A DNA stretch of 64,000 nt from an uncultured Candidatus Saccharibacteria bacterium (lineage in GTDB: Bacteria > Patescibacteriota > Saccharimonadia > Saccharimonadales > Saccharimonadaceae): the NCBI GenBank assembly GCA_963548945.1, contig CAUUVR010000003.1, forward strand, positions 30,229-94,228, in the 5' to 3' direction. The notes beneath the pieces were generated by a model. That model was given only the letters and a program-made list of their open reading frames with translations, ran no database searches and was not told where the DNA came from. Below are positions 1 to 9,288 of this stretch, one piece after another. The position numbers and the translations under genes are program-made. Every line of letters begins with the position of its first letter. Position 1 is the stretch's first letter.

Positions 1-326
1 TCTTTTTCAGAAACTGGCGTTGGCGTGGTGTCGGCGCCGACAAATCCGGTTACGCCCGGCGTGTTGCGGATGATATACCATGTCTCATCGGTCAATTTCA
101 TCTCTACCAGCACGTAGCCTTGGAAAATTTTGACATCAATGATCTTACGCTTGCCGTTCTTAATTTGGATTTGTTTTTCCTTCGGCACCATAACGTCAAA
201 GATCTTGTCGGCCATATCGACGCCGTTGATGCGCTGGCGAATAGACTCAGCGACTTTTTCTTCGTAGCCGGAATAAGTGTGAATGGCATACCACTGGCGG
301 CTATCATCGTATCGTTTTGAACTCAT
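1..326 (-). CDS. nusG: Transcription termination/antitermination factor NusG (partial, runs off window start)
   Basis: Manual translation: MSSKRYDDSRQWYAIHTYSGYEEKV...FQGYVLVEM...WYIIRNTPGVTGFVG. Directly downstream of secE, with a GGAGG SD. Confidence 0.95.
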   Translation of the reverse strand, partial: MSSKRYDDSRQWYAIHTYSGYEEKVAESIRQRINGVDMADKIFDVMVPKEKQIQIKNGKRKIIDVKIFQGYVLVEMKLTDETWYIIRNTPGVTGFVGADTTPTPVSEK

Positions 327-338
327 AACAATCCTCCC

Positions 339-719
339 TTATTTCAAAATCTGCTCAAACGCCCAGTTAAATCCAGCGTCAAGCAGCAATATTACAATAA
401 CAAATATAAAAGTAAAGGCTAGCACGGCGACGGTCATTGCCCATGTTGCCGAGCGGGTTGGCCAGCGCACTAACTTTAGCTCGTGCCAAGCGCCCTTGAA
501 ATAACCGCCAACTGCACTTAAAGCGTTTTTTGGCGATTTTTTGGCTGTTTTTACGGTTTTTGGTTTTTTACTTATCTTAGTTTCTGTAGTTTTTATGGTT
601 TCTTTAGTATTTATATCTTTGGTTTTAGCTGATTTATTGGCTTTTTTTGGCGCATCGCCGGTAGCTTTAATGCGATGAACCGTGGTTTTGCTGGTGCTTG
701 ACTTGCCTTTCTGTGCCAT
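339..719 (-). CDS. secE: Preprotein translocase subunit SecE with Lys/Thr-rich N-terminal extension
   Basis: ELKLVRWPT motif followed by one TM helix; secE-nusG synteny; GGGAG SD before the ATG at 719. Confidence 0.93.
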   Translation of the reverse strand: MAQKGKSSTSKTTVHRIKATGDAPKKANKSAKTKDINTKETIKTTETKISKKPKTVKTAKKSPKNALSAVGGYFKGAWHELKLVRWPTRSATWAMTVAVLAFTFIFVIVILLLDAGFNWAFEQILK

Positions 720-796
720 AGTTTCTCCCAATTTAAAAAGTCTGTTTTTCACAGACTGTCAAGTCCAGTATAGCTCATTTGCCAGAAATTAGCAAA

Positions 797-2422
797 TCAC
801 TTCTTGAAAGGTTTGAGGCTGAAACTGAACGCCGATCCGTGGTTGAGCCGGCTTTGTACTTCAATCTTACAATTAAGTTTCCGCGCTAATTTGGCGGCGA
901 CGTATAGCCCTAAACCTGAGCCGCTGGTTTCGCGGGTGCGGTAATCTTCGGCGCGGTAAAATTTATCGAATATTTTACCCAAGTCAGCTTTACCGATGCC
1001 AATTCCGGTGTCTTTAACTTTGAATTTGATTTGTCCGTCCTTTTGCTTTTTGATAGATATTGTCACTGAGCCTTTCGGAGTATACCTGATGGCGTTGGTA
1101 ATAAAATTCTGCAATAGTTCCTGTAAATACAAGCTGGAAGCCTTGACTTCGCCTAAGCTGCTGCCGATATCCAAGTTGAATGCCAAACCTTTTTCGGCGG
1201 CTTGCGGTGCGTACTCATCGTTTAATTGCGCTGCAAATTCTGCCACGTTGATGATTTCCGGCTTGTCATCGACGCCGCGTTCGGCGCGGGATAGCGTGCT
1301 TAAATCGTTGGCCATCCTGGCAAGGAACAGAATTTGTTTGTGCGACTCATCAATTGCTTGAGGGACTTTTTCGGCGGCGCCCTTTTCAATGAGCAGCTTA
1401 GCATTGCTGAGCGACCCTTCGGCAATGGTGATAGGCGTGCGCAGCTCGTGGCTTACTACGCTAATAAACTCGTCACGCTCCTCTTCCAGGCTTTTCGCCT
1501 TGGTGATATCGCGGAGAATCAGGACATAGCCGTCGGGCGACATTTTATCGCCGCCTTGTACGGGCGCAAATGTCACCTCCAGGCGCAGCGCTTCGTCGCT
1601 ATCTACTTGCATTATGATGTCGTCGCGCTGGCGGATAGCGATTGACTTGGATAGTTCCTTAAATGTGTCGAGCGGCGCCTTATTGGTGGTCTCCAGGCGT
1701 AAAATCTCGTCAATTGGTTTGCCGCTAATTTTATTATTGGTATCGATAAGATTTAACGCTGCAGAATTATACATAGTAATGATGCCGTGCTCGTCAGTGC
1801 TGATAATGGCGTCGGTGATGTTATTTATTAGGGTTAGGACTTTGCCCTTTTCGACATTTTCGCGCTCGCGGCTTTCGTTCAATTTGCTGTTAACGACTTT
1901 CTGAGTGAAATAAATCGACGAGGCGACCAGGCTGCAGACGATGACTGCTGTGCCAGAGAGGATTGCCATGATAGCGTATTCGGGGTGAGATTCCACGTTT
2001 AAGACGGCGCTGACGGTGATAGCTATGATAAATGCCATCATACCGGCTAGCAAGCCGTTCTTACCCAGCATAGCGAACGTGATAATCATCAATAAAATCC
2101 AGTAGGCGGTGAACGGAGAGATAAAGCCGGTTATAAACAGCGATTGCGCCAGCGATAATACATAATAAACAATAAGGATAAGTATCGACGATAAGCCGCC
2201 GTCAATAATCCGCGATAAAAAGGCCGTAACGCCGATTACCAGCCAGCTCATGGATAAGACGATCGCCAAATTTGGCGGCAAGCCGATGGCGGTTTCTGAT
2301 ATTGGCATAATGCCGAATTGAATCAATAAGCCGTGAAACATTAAGGAAATTGAGGCAACTAAAATACCGCTTTTTAAGGCGATGGATGTGCGTTTTTCTT
2401 TTTTTAAGACACCCTTTAACAT
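797..2422 (-). CDS. Membrane PAS-domain sensor histidine kinase
   Basis: Several N-terminal TMs, PAS region, SHELRTP H-box, NAIRY N-box, DTGIG and GSGLGL G boxes. Confidence 0.92.
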   Translation of the reverse strand: MLKGVLKKEKRTSIALKSGILVASISLMFHGLLIQFGIMPISETAIGLPPNLAIVLSMSWLVIGVTAFLSRIIDGGLSSILILIVYYVLSLAQSLFITGFISPFTAYWILLMIITFAMLGKNGLLAGMMAFIIAITVSAVLNVESHPEYAIMAILSGTAVIVCSLVASSIYFTQKVVNSKLNESRERENVEKGKVLTLINNITDAIISTDEHGIITMYNSAALNLIDTNNKISGKPIDEILRLETTNKAPLDTFKELSKSIAIRQRDDIIMQVDSDEALRLEVTFAPVQGGDKMSPDGYVLILRDITKAKSLEEERDEFISVVSHELRTPITIAEGSLSNAKLLIEKGAAEKVPQAIDESHKQILFLARMANDLSTLSRAERGVDDKPEIINVAEFAAQLNDEYAPQAAEKGLAFNLDIGSSLGEVKASSLYLQELLQNFITNAIRYTPKGSVTISIKKQKDGQIKFKVKDTGIGIGKADLGKIFDKFYRAEDYRTRETSGSGLGLYVAAKLARKLNCKIEVQSRLNHGSAFSFSLKPFKK

Positions 2423-2479
2423 GTCAATAGTATAGCATAAGCGTAAACATCGCGCATGGCGGTTTTACGGCTATATTAA

Positions 2480-3172
2480 CTATATGTGCGGCGAATATTT
2501 TTTTAGCTCGGCGCGGTGGATTTTATAGCCGGGGTCAAATTGAGCGACTTCGCGCCAAAAACTTGCCGAGTGATTCATGTGGCGGGTGTGGCAAAGTTCA
2601 TGAATAATTACGTAATCGATAAGCTCAAACGGCAAGTTCATTAGTCCAATGTTCAGGCTAATCGTGCCGGTTGATGAGCAGCTGCCCCAGCGGCTGGAAG
2701 CGTGAGTGATTTTTGTCTGCTTAAAGGAAAAACCGTGTTCTTCGGCCAGGAATGACAATCGCCGGGGTAAATAACTTTTGGCTTCCTTGCGCAGTGCCGC
2801 CGCGATTTTTTGGCGAATAAGCTGCTGATTAGCGGCGGACGTTATGTCTTCGTTTTCATTTATGCTGGCAATTATGCGCGTACCGGCGGTTTTTACGGTT
2901 GTTGTCCCAGTGGTCGAGCGAATAATCAAACTGTGGCTTTTACCGATTTGCTGGTCTTTTGTATAAGAGAATTGCGATTGATGCTGGTCTAATAATTTGC
3001 GGATTTGTAGGCGCGATGTTTTTATTACAGTTTTGGCAGCTAACAGCGGCGCGTACGACGGCATAGTGACGCGCAACCGGCCGTCCGGCGCGATTCGCAG
3101 GCTAATATTTTTCGCTAATCCTTGTTTTTTTACGACAATTTCCCCGAATTCCGAATCGGTGATTGTGGGCAT
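2480..3172 (-). CDS. YgjP/DUF45-like zinc metallopeptidase-family protein
   Basis: SRWGSC...IDYVIIHELCH...NHS..FW motifs. Confidence 0.88.
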   Translation of the reverse strand: MPTITDSEFGEIVVKKQGLAKNISLRIAPDGRLRVTMPSYAPLLAAKTVIKTSRLQIRKLLDQHQSQFSYTKDQQIGKSHSLIIRSTTGTTTVKTAGTRIIASINENEDITSAANQQLIRQKIAAALRKEAKSYLPRRLSFLAEEHGFSFKQTKITHASSRWGSCSSTGTISLNIGLMNLPFELIDYVIIHELCHTRHMNHSASFWREVAQFDPGYKIHRAELKKYSPHI

Positions 3173-3175
3173 AAT

Positions 3176-3724
3176 CTATCCTATATCAATACGGCTATTT
3201 ACGCGAAGCTCTCTATGGACTTCCGGCCTGGGCGCGCTAATACTCAGATGCTTCAGTACGGCGCGCGCCTGCGTGCTGAAAGTATGCCGCCCGCTGATCA
3301 CCGCGTAAGACTCGCTGTCATGCGGCGGTGAAAATTGTTTAAGTCTTCTTTCAAACAGCAGCTCGTCGCCGCCTGACTGCTTCATCCAGCGATTTTTCGC
3401 CGTTGCCAAATCTGTCTGCACCCAAACCAATAGGACTTTATAGCCGCGTTCGCGCGCCATCCGGTTAATTTTTATCCGGGTTGTTCGCTGATCGGTTGCG
3501 CCATCCAAAATGACGGTGTGCTTGGTTTTTAAGAATTCGTCTAAGATTGACAATGTGATGTCGGAGATCAATTTAGTATCATCTGTTAAAGCTTCAAACT
3601 GGCTAGCATCGATAACTGGCGCGTTGAATATCTTAGCAAATTCGGAAACAAACTGAGTTTTCCCAGAGCCTGGCGCGCCGACCATGGCGATAATGTGCGG
3701 CGATGATGGTAGTAGCGGTCTCAT
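3176..3724 (-). CDS. P-loop kinase/AAA_33-like ATP-binding protein
   Basis: Walker A GAPGSGKT near the N-terminus; VILD Walker B-like segment. Confidence 0.8.
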   Translation of the reverse strand: MRPLLPSSPHIIAMVGAPGSGKTQFVSEFAKIFNAPVIDASQFEALTDDTKLISDITLSILDEFLKTKHTVILDGATDQRTTRIKINRMARERGYKVLLVWVQTDLATAKNRWMKQSGGDELLFERRLKQFSPPHDSESYAVISGRHTFSTQARAVLKHLSISAPRPEVHRELRVNSRIDIG

Positions 3725-3755
3725 ATGAAAAAATTATAGCAGAGTTTTGACTAAT

Positions 3756-3786
3756 AAAAAAGATTCCCTTGCTTTTCAGGGAATCG
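3756..3786 (-). terminator. Intrinsic terminator downstream of tRNA-Trp
   Basis: GATTCCCT-loop-AGGGAATC followed by a T-tract on the minus strand. Confidence 0.7.
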
Positions 3787-3795
3787 GACGAAGCT

Positions 3796-3870
3796 TGGCA
3801 GGGGCGCTAGGAATCGAACCTAGACCGGCGGTTTTGGAGACCGCTATACTAGCCGTTGTACTACGCCCCT
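3796..3870 (-). tRNA. tRNA-Trp (CCA)
   Basis: AGGGGCG...GCGGT-CTCCAAA-ACCGC...GGTTCGATTCC...CGCCCCTGCCA cloverleaf with encoded CCA. Confidence 0.97.
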
Positions 3871-3961
3871 TCGCTCGGCAGCGTCTTTATTATAGCAAAC
3901 TATTCCGTCCCAAAAAAGAGGAAATAAGCCTTGTTTGATGAAACCGCTGCCGCTGAAACGA

Positions 3962-4651
3962 TTACATAACGACTTTTCGCGGCTGATGAATTTGGCGCTG
4001 CTGGCGCGTCCGCGGCGTACTGGGGCTAGGATTTTTTGCCGGTTCATTCGGTGTCAGCATTCTGGTGGCTTTTTTACGCAGTTGGATGGCTAGTTCTTCC
4101 TGACCAGCGTTGTCGTATGCTTCTGATAAAATCATCAAGGTCTGTGGAATTGGCTCTAATTCAACTGCCTTTTCCAAGGCGCTAATCATCTTCTTACTGC
4201 GCCCCAGCTTTTCCTGAACTTTAGCATAGGCGATGTATCGCGCCGCCAAATCGCCTTCTATTTCCAGGGCTTGCTCAAACGCTAGCGCTGCCTTTTCATA
4301 ATTTTCCGTTTCGTAATAAATCAGGCCGACGTTGTGCAGGCTTGAGGCGCTTGGCTCCAGGCTTTGGGCGATCTCGAAGCATTCGATGGCGTCTTTGTAG
4401 GCGCGCTGCTTGGCATATAAAATCCCCAGGCGGTTATATGCTGTGGCGTTTTTTTCATCGACGCGCAAGATAGTCAGCAGCGCTTTTTCAGCGCGCAAAT
4501 ATTTGTTCTCGCGAATCGAATCCTGGGCGATATTCCATAATTGATCAAGTTTATTGGTAATTTTTGTCGGCAAATCGCCCGTTTCTTTGATTGACGGATG
4601 ATAAAAAACCGCCCAAATCATCAAAATTAGAATGAGTAGTAGTCCAAACAT
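3962..4651 (-). CDS. Membrane-anchored TPR protein
   Basis: N-terminal hydrophobic helix; TPR motifs (AYNRLGILY, SLHNVGLIYY). Confidence 0.85.
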   Translation of the reverse strand: MFGLLLILILMIWAVFYHPSIKETGDLPTKITNKLDQLWNIAQDSIRENKYLRAEKALLTILRVDEKNATAYNRLGILYAKQRAYKDAIECFEIAQSLEPSASSLHNVGLIYYETENYEKAALAFEQALEIEGDLAARYIAYAKVQEKLGRSKKMISALEKAVELEPIPQTLMILSEAYDNAGQEELAIQLRKKATRMLTPNEPAKNPSPSTPRTRQQRQIHQPRKVVM

Positions 4652-4658
4652 ACCGCTA

Positions 4659-5477
4659 TTAGTATATCACAAGTTGCAGTAAAGCTAGGCGTACATTACC
4701 GTTGGCTTTCAGCGATTTGGCGGCTGTCTCGGCGGCGGCGAGCTTGCTTGATACGGCAGCGTCAATGCCATGGGAATGTATTTGAAAACGGATCATATTG
4801 ACGATGATGTCGGTGAGCAGTAATGCTTTTTGGCGGTCGGTAAAGTATTTAGCGAGCGGTTTTAAGGCTTGATAATTGTTTTTGGCGGCTAATAATTGCT
4901 TGGCATCGACAGCGATTTCTTTATATTCGGCAAATTTTCCTGGGTTGTTTGCTAATTGGTTGATTAGCAGCGGCCGGCCGGCAGCCAGGAAGAGGATTTG
5001 CTGCTTGGTGCTGGCGTCCAGGTTATGTTGAGATAGCAGTTTGGCGTCTTGGCTGGGAGAAGTTTTATGAAGCTGGAGTAGCTGGCAGCGGGACCTGATG
5101 GTGTCTAGCAGCAGTTTCGGGTTTTCTGCGACCAGGATAAAGTGAGTGTTTTTATTCGGCTCTTCCAGCGCTTTTAATAGCGCGTTTTGGGCGGCTTCGC
5201 TCATCAGATTGGCGTCATTAATGATGATCACGCGGCGCTTATTGGCGTACGTTCTGAGATTGGCTATTAGGCTGCGCACTTGTTCAACGGCGATGGTTTG
5301 CTTTTTTTCTGCAGGTTTGATGTAAAATACGTCGCTGTCTTCTGAACTCGCAAGCTCATTAGCTGCACCGATTCCGTCTAGTCCCTGCTCTGCCGCGATA
5401 AGCAGCGCGTGCGGCAGGTTGCTCGCAAATTCGCTGATTGTAGAGCGATCTTTGATGGATAGCGTCGGTGTTTTCAT
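4659..5477 (-). CDS. holB: DNA polymerase III delta-prime subunit
   Basis: HALL, AQNALLKALEEP and LLDTIRSRC motifs. Confidence 0.85.
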   Translation of the reverse strand: MKTPTLSIKDRSTISEFASNLPHALLIAAEQGLDGIGAANELASSEDSDVFYIKPAEKKQTIAVEQVRSLIANLRTYANKRRVIIINDANLMSEAAQNALLKALEEPNKNTHFILVAENPKLLLDTIRSRCQLLQLHKTSPSQDAKLLSQHNLDASTKQQILFLAAGRPLLINQLANNPGKFAEYKEIAVDAKQLLAAKNNYQALKPLAKYFTDRQKALLLTDIIVNMIRFQIHSHGIDAAVSSKLAAAETAAKSLKANGNVRLALLQLVIY

Positions 5478-6634
5478 GGTTTTTCCTTAGGTAATGCCTC
5501 AGGGAAATAGATAAAAAACTCCTCTGGAACGGCCGCTTCAAAGGTTTTTCGCTCGCCAGACGGCAGTGTGATTTCTAATTTGTGGGCGTGGAGCATCAGG
5601 CGGCTGGCATTGGGCTTACTATAAACGCGGTCGCCGAGGATTGGTGTGTTCAGGTGCGCCATATGGACACGCAGCTGGTGGGTGCGGCCGGTAGTAGGTT
5701 TAAGTTCAATCAGCGCCTGATTGTCAGTTACTGCCAGCACGCGGTAGGTCGTCTGGGCGGGTTTGCCGTTGGGGTCGACGCGGAAGGTGCTGGGTGCGGA
5801 CGGGTTGCGGCCAATTGGCAGGTCAATCTTCGCGGCGGCTAATTTCGGTACGCCGTCGGTCGCTGCAAGGTAAGTTTTTTTGGTGGTGCGCTGGGCAAAT
5901 TGCCGCTGTAAATGAGTGGCGGCTTCAGTAGTTTTAGCGATAATCAGCACACCCGAAGTGTCGCGGTCGAGCCGGTGGACGATGCCTGGCCGGTCGGTGC
6001 CTGAGGCAAATGAAGTCTTGGGGCGAATAATTTCCGCTACCGTCGGCTCAGTCGATAGTCCGCCTTTGGCATGCGTCAGGAGCCCGCTCGGCTTGTTGAC
6101 TACAATTACGTCATCGTCTTCGTATAATATCGGCAGCTCTGCACTCGCCTGCTCTTGTTCCGGTAGCTTGACAGCAATCTTGTCAGTCTCATCCACCTCA
6201 AACTTTGGCGTCGTCACTACGCGCTGATTGACCGACACGTAGCCAGCTTTGATGTATTTCTGCCAGAGGCTGCGCGAAATTGACGGTTCAAATGCCGTGG
6301 ACAAGTGGACGTCCAGGCGCTGCTTGGTCGGCACGATGTGGAGCATGATGACAAATTTGCCCTGAAACGGCGTTTCGATGCAGCTCGCATCAAGCGGATT
6401 TGGCAAAATCTCAGCATTGGCTGGCTTACCAGGCCACAATTCGTCAATTGATTCTTCATCGACGATTGAGCCGTAGAGCACGGCGAAATGCTGCTTGTTT
6501 ACGATAAATTCCGCCACGATGTGCGATTCGTCCGTCTGAATCTTCAGACGGCGTAAGGCTTTGACAGGCGTGTTGTCATCTGCCAGTTGGTACAGTCTGG
6601 CGATCTTGAGGACGGTGCGCGGCGAAACTTTCAC
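5474..6634 (-). CDS. RluA-family pseudouridine synthase (S4 domain) with about 100-aa N-terminal extension
   Basis: VNKPSG, HRLDRDTSG, TGRTHQLRVH and LHA motifs. Confidence 0.92.
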   Translation of the reverse strand: MKVSPRTVLKIARLYQLADDNTPVKALRRLKIQTDESHIVAEFIVNKQHFAVLYGSIVDEESIDELWPGKPANAEILPNPLDASCIETPFQGKFVIMLHIVPTKQRLDVHLSTAFEPSISRSLWQKYIKAGYVSVNQRVVTTPKFEVDETDKIAVKLPEQEQASAELPILYEDDDVIVVNKPSGLLTHAKGGLSTEPTVAEIIRPKTSFASGTDRPGIVHRLDRDTSGVLIIAKTTEAATHLQRQFAQRTTKKTYLAATDGVPKLAAAKIDLPIGRNPSAPSTFRVDPNGKPAQTTYRVLAVTDNQALIELKPTTGRTHQLRVHMAHLNTPILGDRVYSKPNASRLMLHAHKLEITLPSGERKTFEAAVPEEFFIYFPEALPKEKP

Positions 6635-6727
6635 GCGGCATGCCCTCTGCGGTTTGGGCGGCTAGACATTTGCGGCGCTTGATGTGGCGGCGTTCCCCGC
6701 TTGGTTAGAAAACTTGCTATCACTACA

Positions 6728-7861
6728 CTATCTCCTGAGTCCCACGGCTGTTTGAACGCGGTGCAAGGTTTCGTTGGCAACGATGTTCATATCGCGCTCG
6801 CTGGACTCTAGTTTGCGTTCGATGGCTTGTTCGTCAACTGCCGCCAGACGCGTTTGGAAATTCGCTAAGAATTCTGCCACTTCGTCGGCGACGATGCGCT
6901 TGAAATCACCGTAACGCTCCATGCTGGTGTACTGGCTGATGGTTTGCTCTAAGCTCACATCTTTTCCAGCATCTTGGCGCACCAGTGTCAAAATCTCCAG
7001 TAGATTGGAAATGCCCGGTTGGTTGTCGCGGTCGTATTGCACCTTACCCAGTGAGTCGGTGGTGGCACTCATGATTTTTTTGTGGGCTATCTGCGGATCG
7101 TCGCCGAGGAAAATGACGCCCTTGCCGCTGTCGTCGGATTTACTCATCTTTTTGGTTGGGTTCATCAGGTCTTTGATTCTCAGCCCCTGGTCTTTGCCGA
7201 AAAATTGATGCTGCTGGGCGACTGGCTTAGGCACGACGAATAAATCGCCAAACTTGCGGTTCATTCGCTCGGCGATGTCGCGGGTAAATTCCAGGTGCTG
7301 TGTCTGGTCGTCGCCAACTGGCACGTAAGTGGCACCGTAGAGCAAGATGTCGGCGGCCATCAGGACTGGGTAGTTGAACAGGCCGACGGAGACTCTACTG
7401 TGCTCACTAGCCCATTTAGCTTCATCCCAGACTAGTTCGCCATTCTTTTCTGATACAGGCGGGTCGATTGATCGGCCCTCTGACAATAATTTGCCACTTT
7501 TATCCTTAAACTGCGTCATCCGGCTCATTTCGCCAAACCCAGTGAAGCAGTCCAAAATCCACGCCAGCTCGCTGTGGGCTGGGACGCGGCTTTGGCGGTA
7601 CAAATGAATGGCTGCATTGTCTAATGGCAGCCCGGCGGCCGTGTAAATCCGGGCGTTATTGAGAATACTGTCATACAATTTGCCATGATCAATCGGCGTG
7701 GTGAAGCTGTGAAGATCGGGGATGAACAGATTGATATCATAATCGACCGAGCGGCGCTTCGCCATATCGACAATCGGCAAAATCGCGCCAAAATAATTGC
7801 CAATGTGAATATCATTGTTGGCGCGCACGCCGGTGAGAATGACGGGTTTGGATGGTTTCAT
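6728..7861 (-). CDS. trpS: Tryptophanyl-tRNA synthetase
   Basis: HIGN, YPVLMAADIL, VPVGDDQTQH and KMSKS motifs. Start placed at 7861, 7 nt after a TATAAT box. Confidence 0.96.
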   Translation of the reverse strand: MKPSKPVILTGVRANNDIHIGNYFGAILPIVDMAKRRSVDYDINLFIPDLHSFTTPIDHGKLYDSILNNARIYTAAGLPLDNAAIHLYRQSRVPAHSELAWILDCFTGFGEMSRMTQFKDKSGKLLSEGRSIDPPVSEKNGELVWDEAKWASEHSRVSVGLFNYPVLMAADILLYGATYVPVGDDQTQHLEFTRDIAERMNRKFGDLFVVPKPVAQQHQFFGKDQGLRIKDLMNPTKKMSKSDDSGKGVIFLGDDPQIAHKKIMSATTDSLGKVQYDRDNQPGISNLLEILTLVRQDAGKDVSLEQTISQYTSMERYGDFKRIVADEVAEFLANFQTRLAAVDEQAIERKLESSERDMNIVANETLHRVQTAVGLRR

Positions 7862-7869
7862 TGTATCCA

Positions 7870-8577
7870 TTATAACACTCCTTTGGTTGTTAAGTAACGT
7901 AATAAAATGTTTATTGGGTCAATGGTGTTTGGTTTTTTGGCGAAGACGCAAGATAGCTCGGTGCAGCCTAATAATACCGGCGGACTGCTGGGGTAATTAT
8001 TGATATAGTTTGCTGCGTTTGCCTGCTCGGATTGGGCTATTATTGGTATTTTATCCAGCGCTGACTGAGATATTGTTTGCCCAGAAATTACTGCGCGAAT
8101 TATCACTTCCAGTGCTTGTTCTTCGTCCTTATCCGGCGTTAATACGGTTACTCCGGCGGCTTTCAACGGCTTGTCATATAGTCCAGTGCGGATGGTCGTC
8201 GGCGACGCGAGCAATCGAATTGTTTTATGATGGCGGCTAACGTAATCAATTGCGGCATCCACCATGGAAGTTATGCGAATATTCAGCTGCCGTTCAATAG
8301 CGGGCTGCAACAAATGCGCGGTATTGCAGGCAATTATGATAACGTCGTCCATCGACGCGTCAATGTTTTTCAGTTCGTTTATGATAATTTCCAAGGCTTC
8401 GCTGCGCCGCGATTCGTTGGCGATAAAATCAGGAACCGGCAGCGACAAATGAACTATATGCGGAAAGTCCGTGCCATCCTTCGCGCCGTTTGCCAGCGCC
8501 TGCTGAATCATCCGCCGGTGTAGCTCCAGGCTTGCCTGCGGCCCCATACCGCCGATGATAATTATTCTTTGCTTCAT
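7870..8577 (-). CDS. Aspartate/glutamate racemase family protein
   Basis: IGGMGP, ACNTAH and LGCTEL motifs. Confidence 0.9.
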   Translation of the reverse strand: MKQRIIIIGGMGPQASLELHRRMIQQALANGAKDGTDFPHIVHLSLPVPDFIANESRRSEALEIIINELKNIDASMDDVIIIACNTAHLLQPAIERQLNIRITSMVDAAIDYVSRHHKTIRLLASPTTIRTGLYDKPLKAAGVTVLTPDKDEEQALEVIIRAVISGQTISQSALDKIPIIAQSEQANAANYINNYPSSPPVLLGCTELSCVFAKKPNTIDPINILLRYLTTKGVL

Positions 8578-8596
8578 AATTTCTCCTTTGGGTTAT

Positions 8597-8741
8597 ATAA
8601 AAAAGACCGCGCGCGGCCTCTAGTCATGGTTGGTATTTTCAGAAGAATTTTACTAACAATTCAACAAGCCGCGGCGAAAACGCGTGCTTTGCCAGGCGGT
8701 GACGATGAATTGCCGTTTTATGGTCATGAGGTGATTATAAC
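8597..8741 (-). promoter_or_regulatory. Putative attenuator: 24-codon leader ORF (8727-8653) plus intrinsic terminator upstream of the racemase gene
   Basis: TATAAT-N6-ATG; peptide MTIKRQFIVTAWQSTRFRRGLLNC; GGCCG-cgcg-CGGTC hairpin plus T6 before the racemase SD. Confidence 0.5.
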
Positions 8742-8767
8742 GCCAACGGCTAAAATTCGCAAATATT

Positions 8768-9238
8768 CTATAAAACAGCTCGCTTGGATATGCGCCAAAC
8801 CCATAAAATGATGTAAATAGATAAACCAATTGAAAATAAGAGCGAGAGGATAGCCATCGGATTTGCTTTCCATAATATTGTCCATGTTGGCGGCGAAATG
8901 ATAAATTCTACCATTGCTAAGAACCCGATTTTAGTATAAATATGCAGCGATTCAGCCAGACAAACAGCGAAACCTATTACCGTGCCGAACACAGAGGCTA
9001 CGATTAATAAAACGACATCAAGGAGCGGCGGTCTCTCTTCCTGGGTTATGAAACTATATATTAGGTAGACGATGCCCGCGCCGATGGGTCCAGTTAAGTA
9101 CGACACGTAGTTCCACCGCCACAGCAGCAGCCATAGGCCAATTATCATGGGGATACCTAGTAAAAATGCTAATAAAATACCAATCCAGCGCGGGCGATGC
9201 CTGCGCTTTAGATTGTAATATGGAGGTTCTTGGTTCAT
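8768..9238 (-). CDS. Hypothetical multi-pass membrane protein
   Basis: 156-aa ORF with 4-5 hydrophobic helices; TGcTATACT-N7-ATG upstream. Confidence 0.75.
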   Translation of the reverse strand: MNQEPPYYNLKRRHRPRWIGILLAFLLGIPMIIGLWLLLWRWNYVSYLTGPIGAGIVYLIYSFITQEERPPLLDVVLLIVASVFGTVIGFAVCLAESLHIYTKIGFLAMVEFIISPPTWTILWKANPMAILSLLFSIGLSIYIILWVWRISKRAVL

Positions 9239-9288
9239 GTTACTTAGTATAGCATTTGACAGGAAGTATGCGGTTTGGATTTGGAGGA

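Noticed and set aside
530..660. Low-complexity T-rich repeats in secE (also the rplV and hydrolase tails)
   Set aside because: They encode Lys/Thr/Ala-rich disordered extensions and are not a DNA repeat element.
6631..6723. 30-codon GTG-start ORF between trpS and the RluA gene
   Set aside because: No SD or recognisable motif; cannot be distinguished from chance or a gene remnant.
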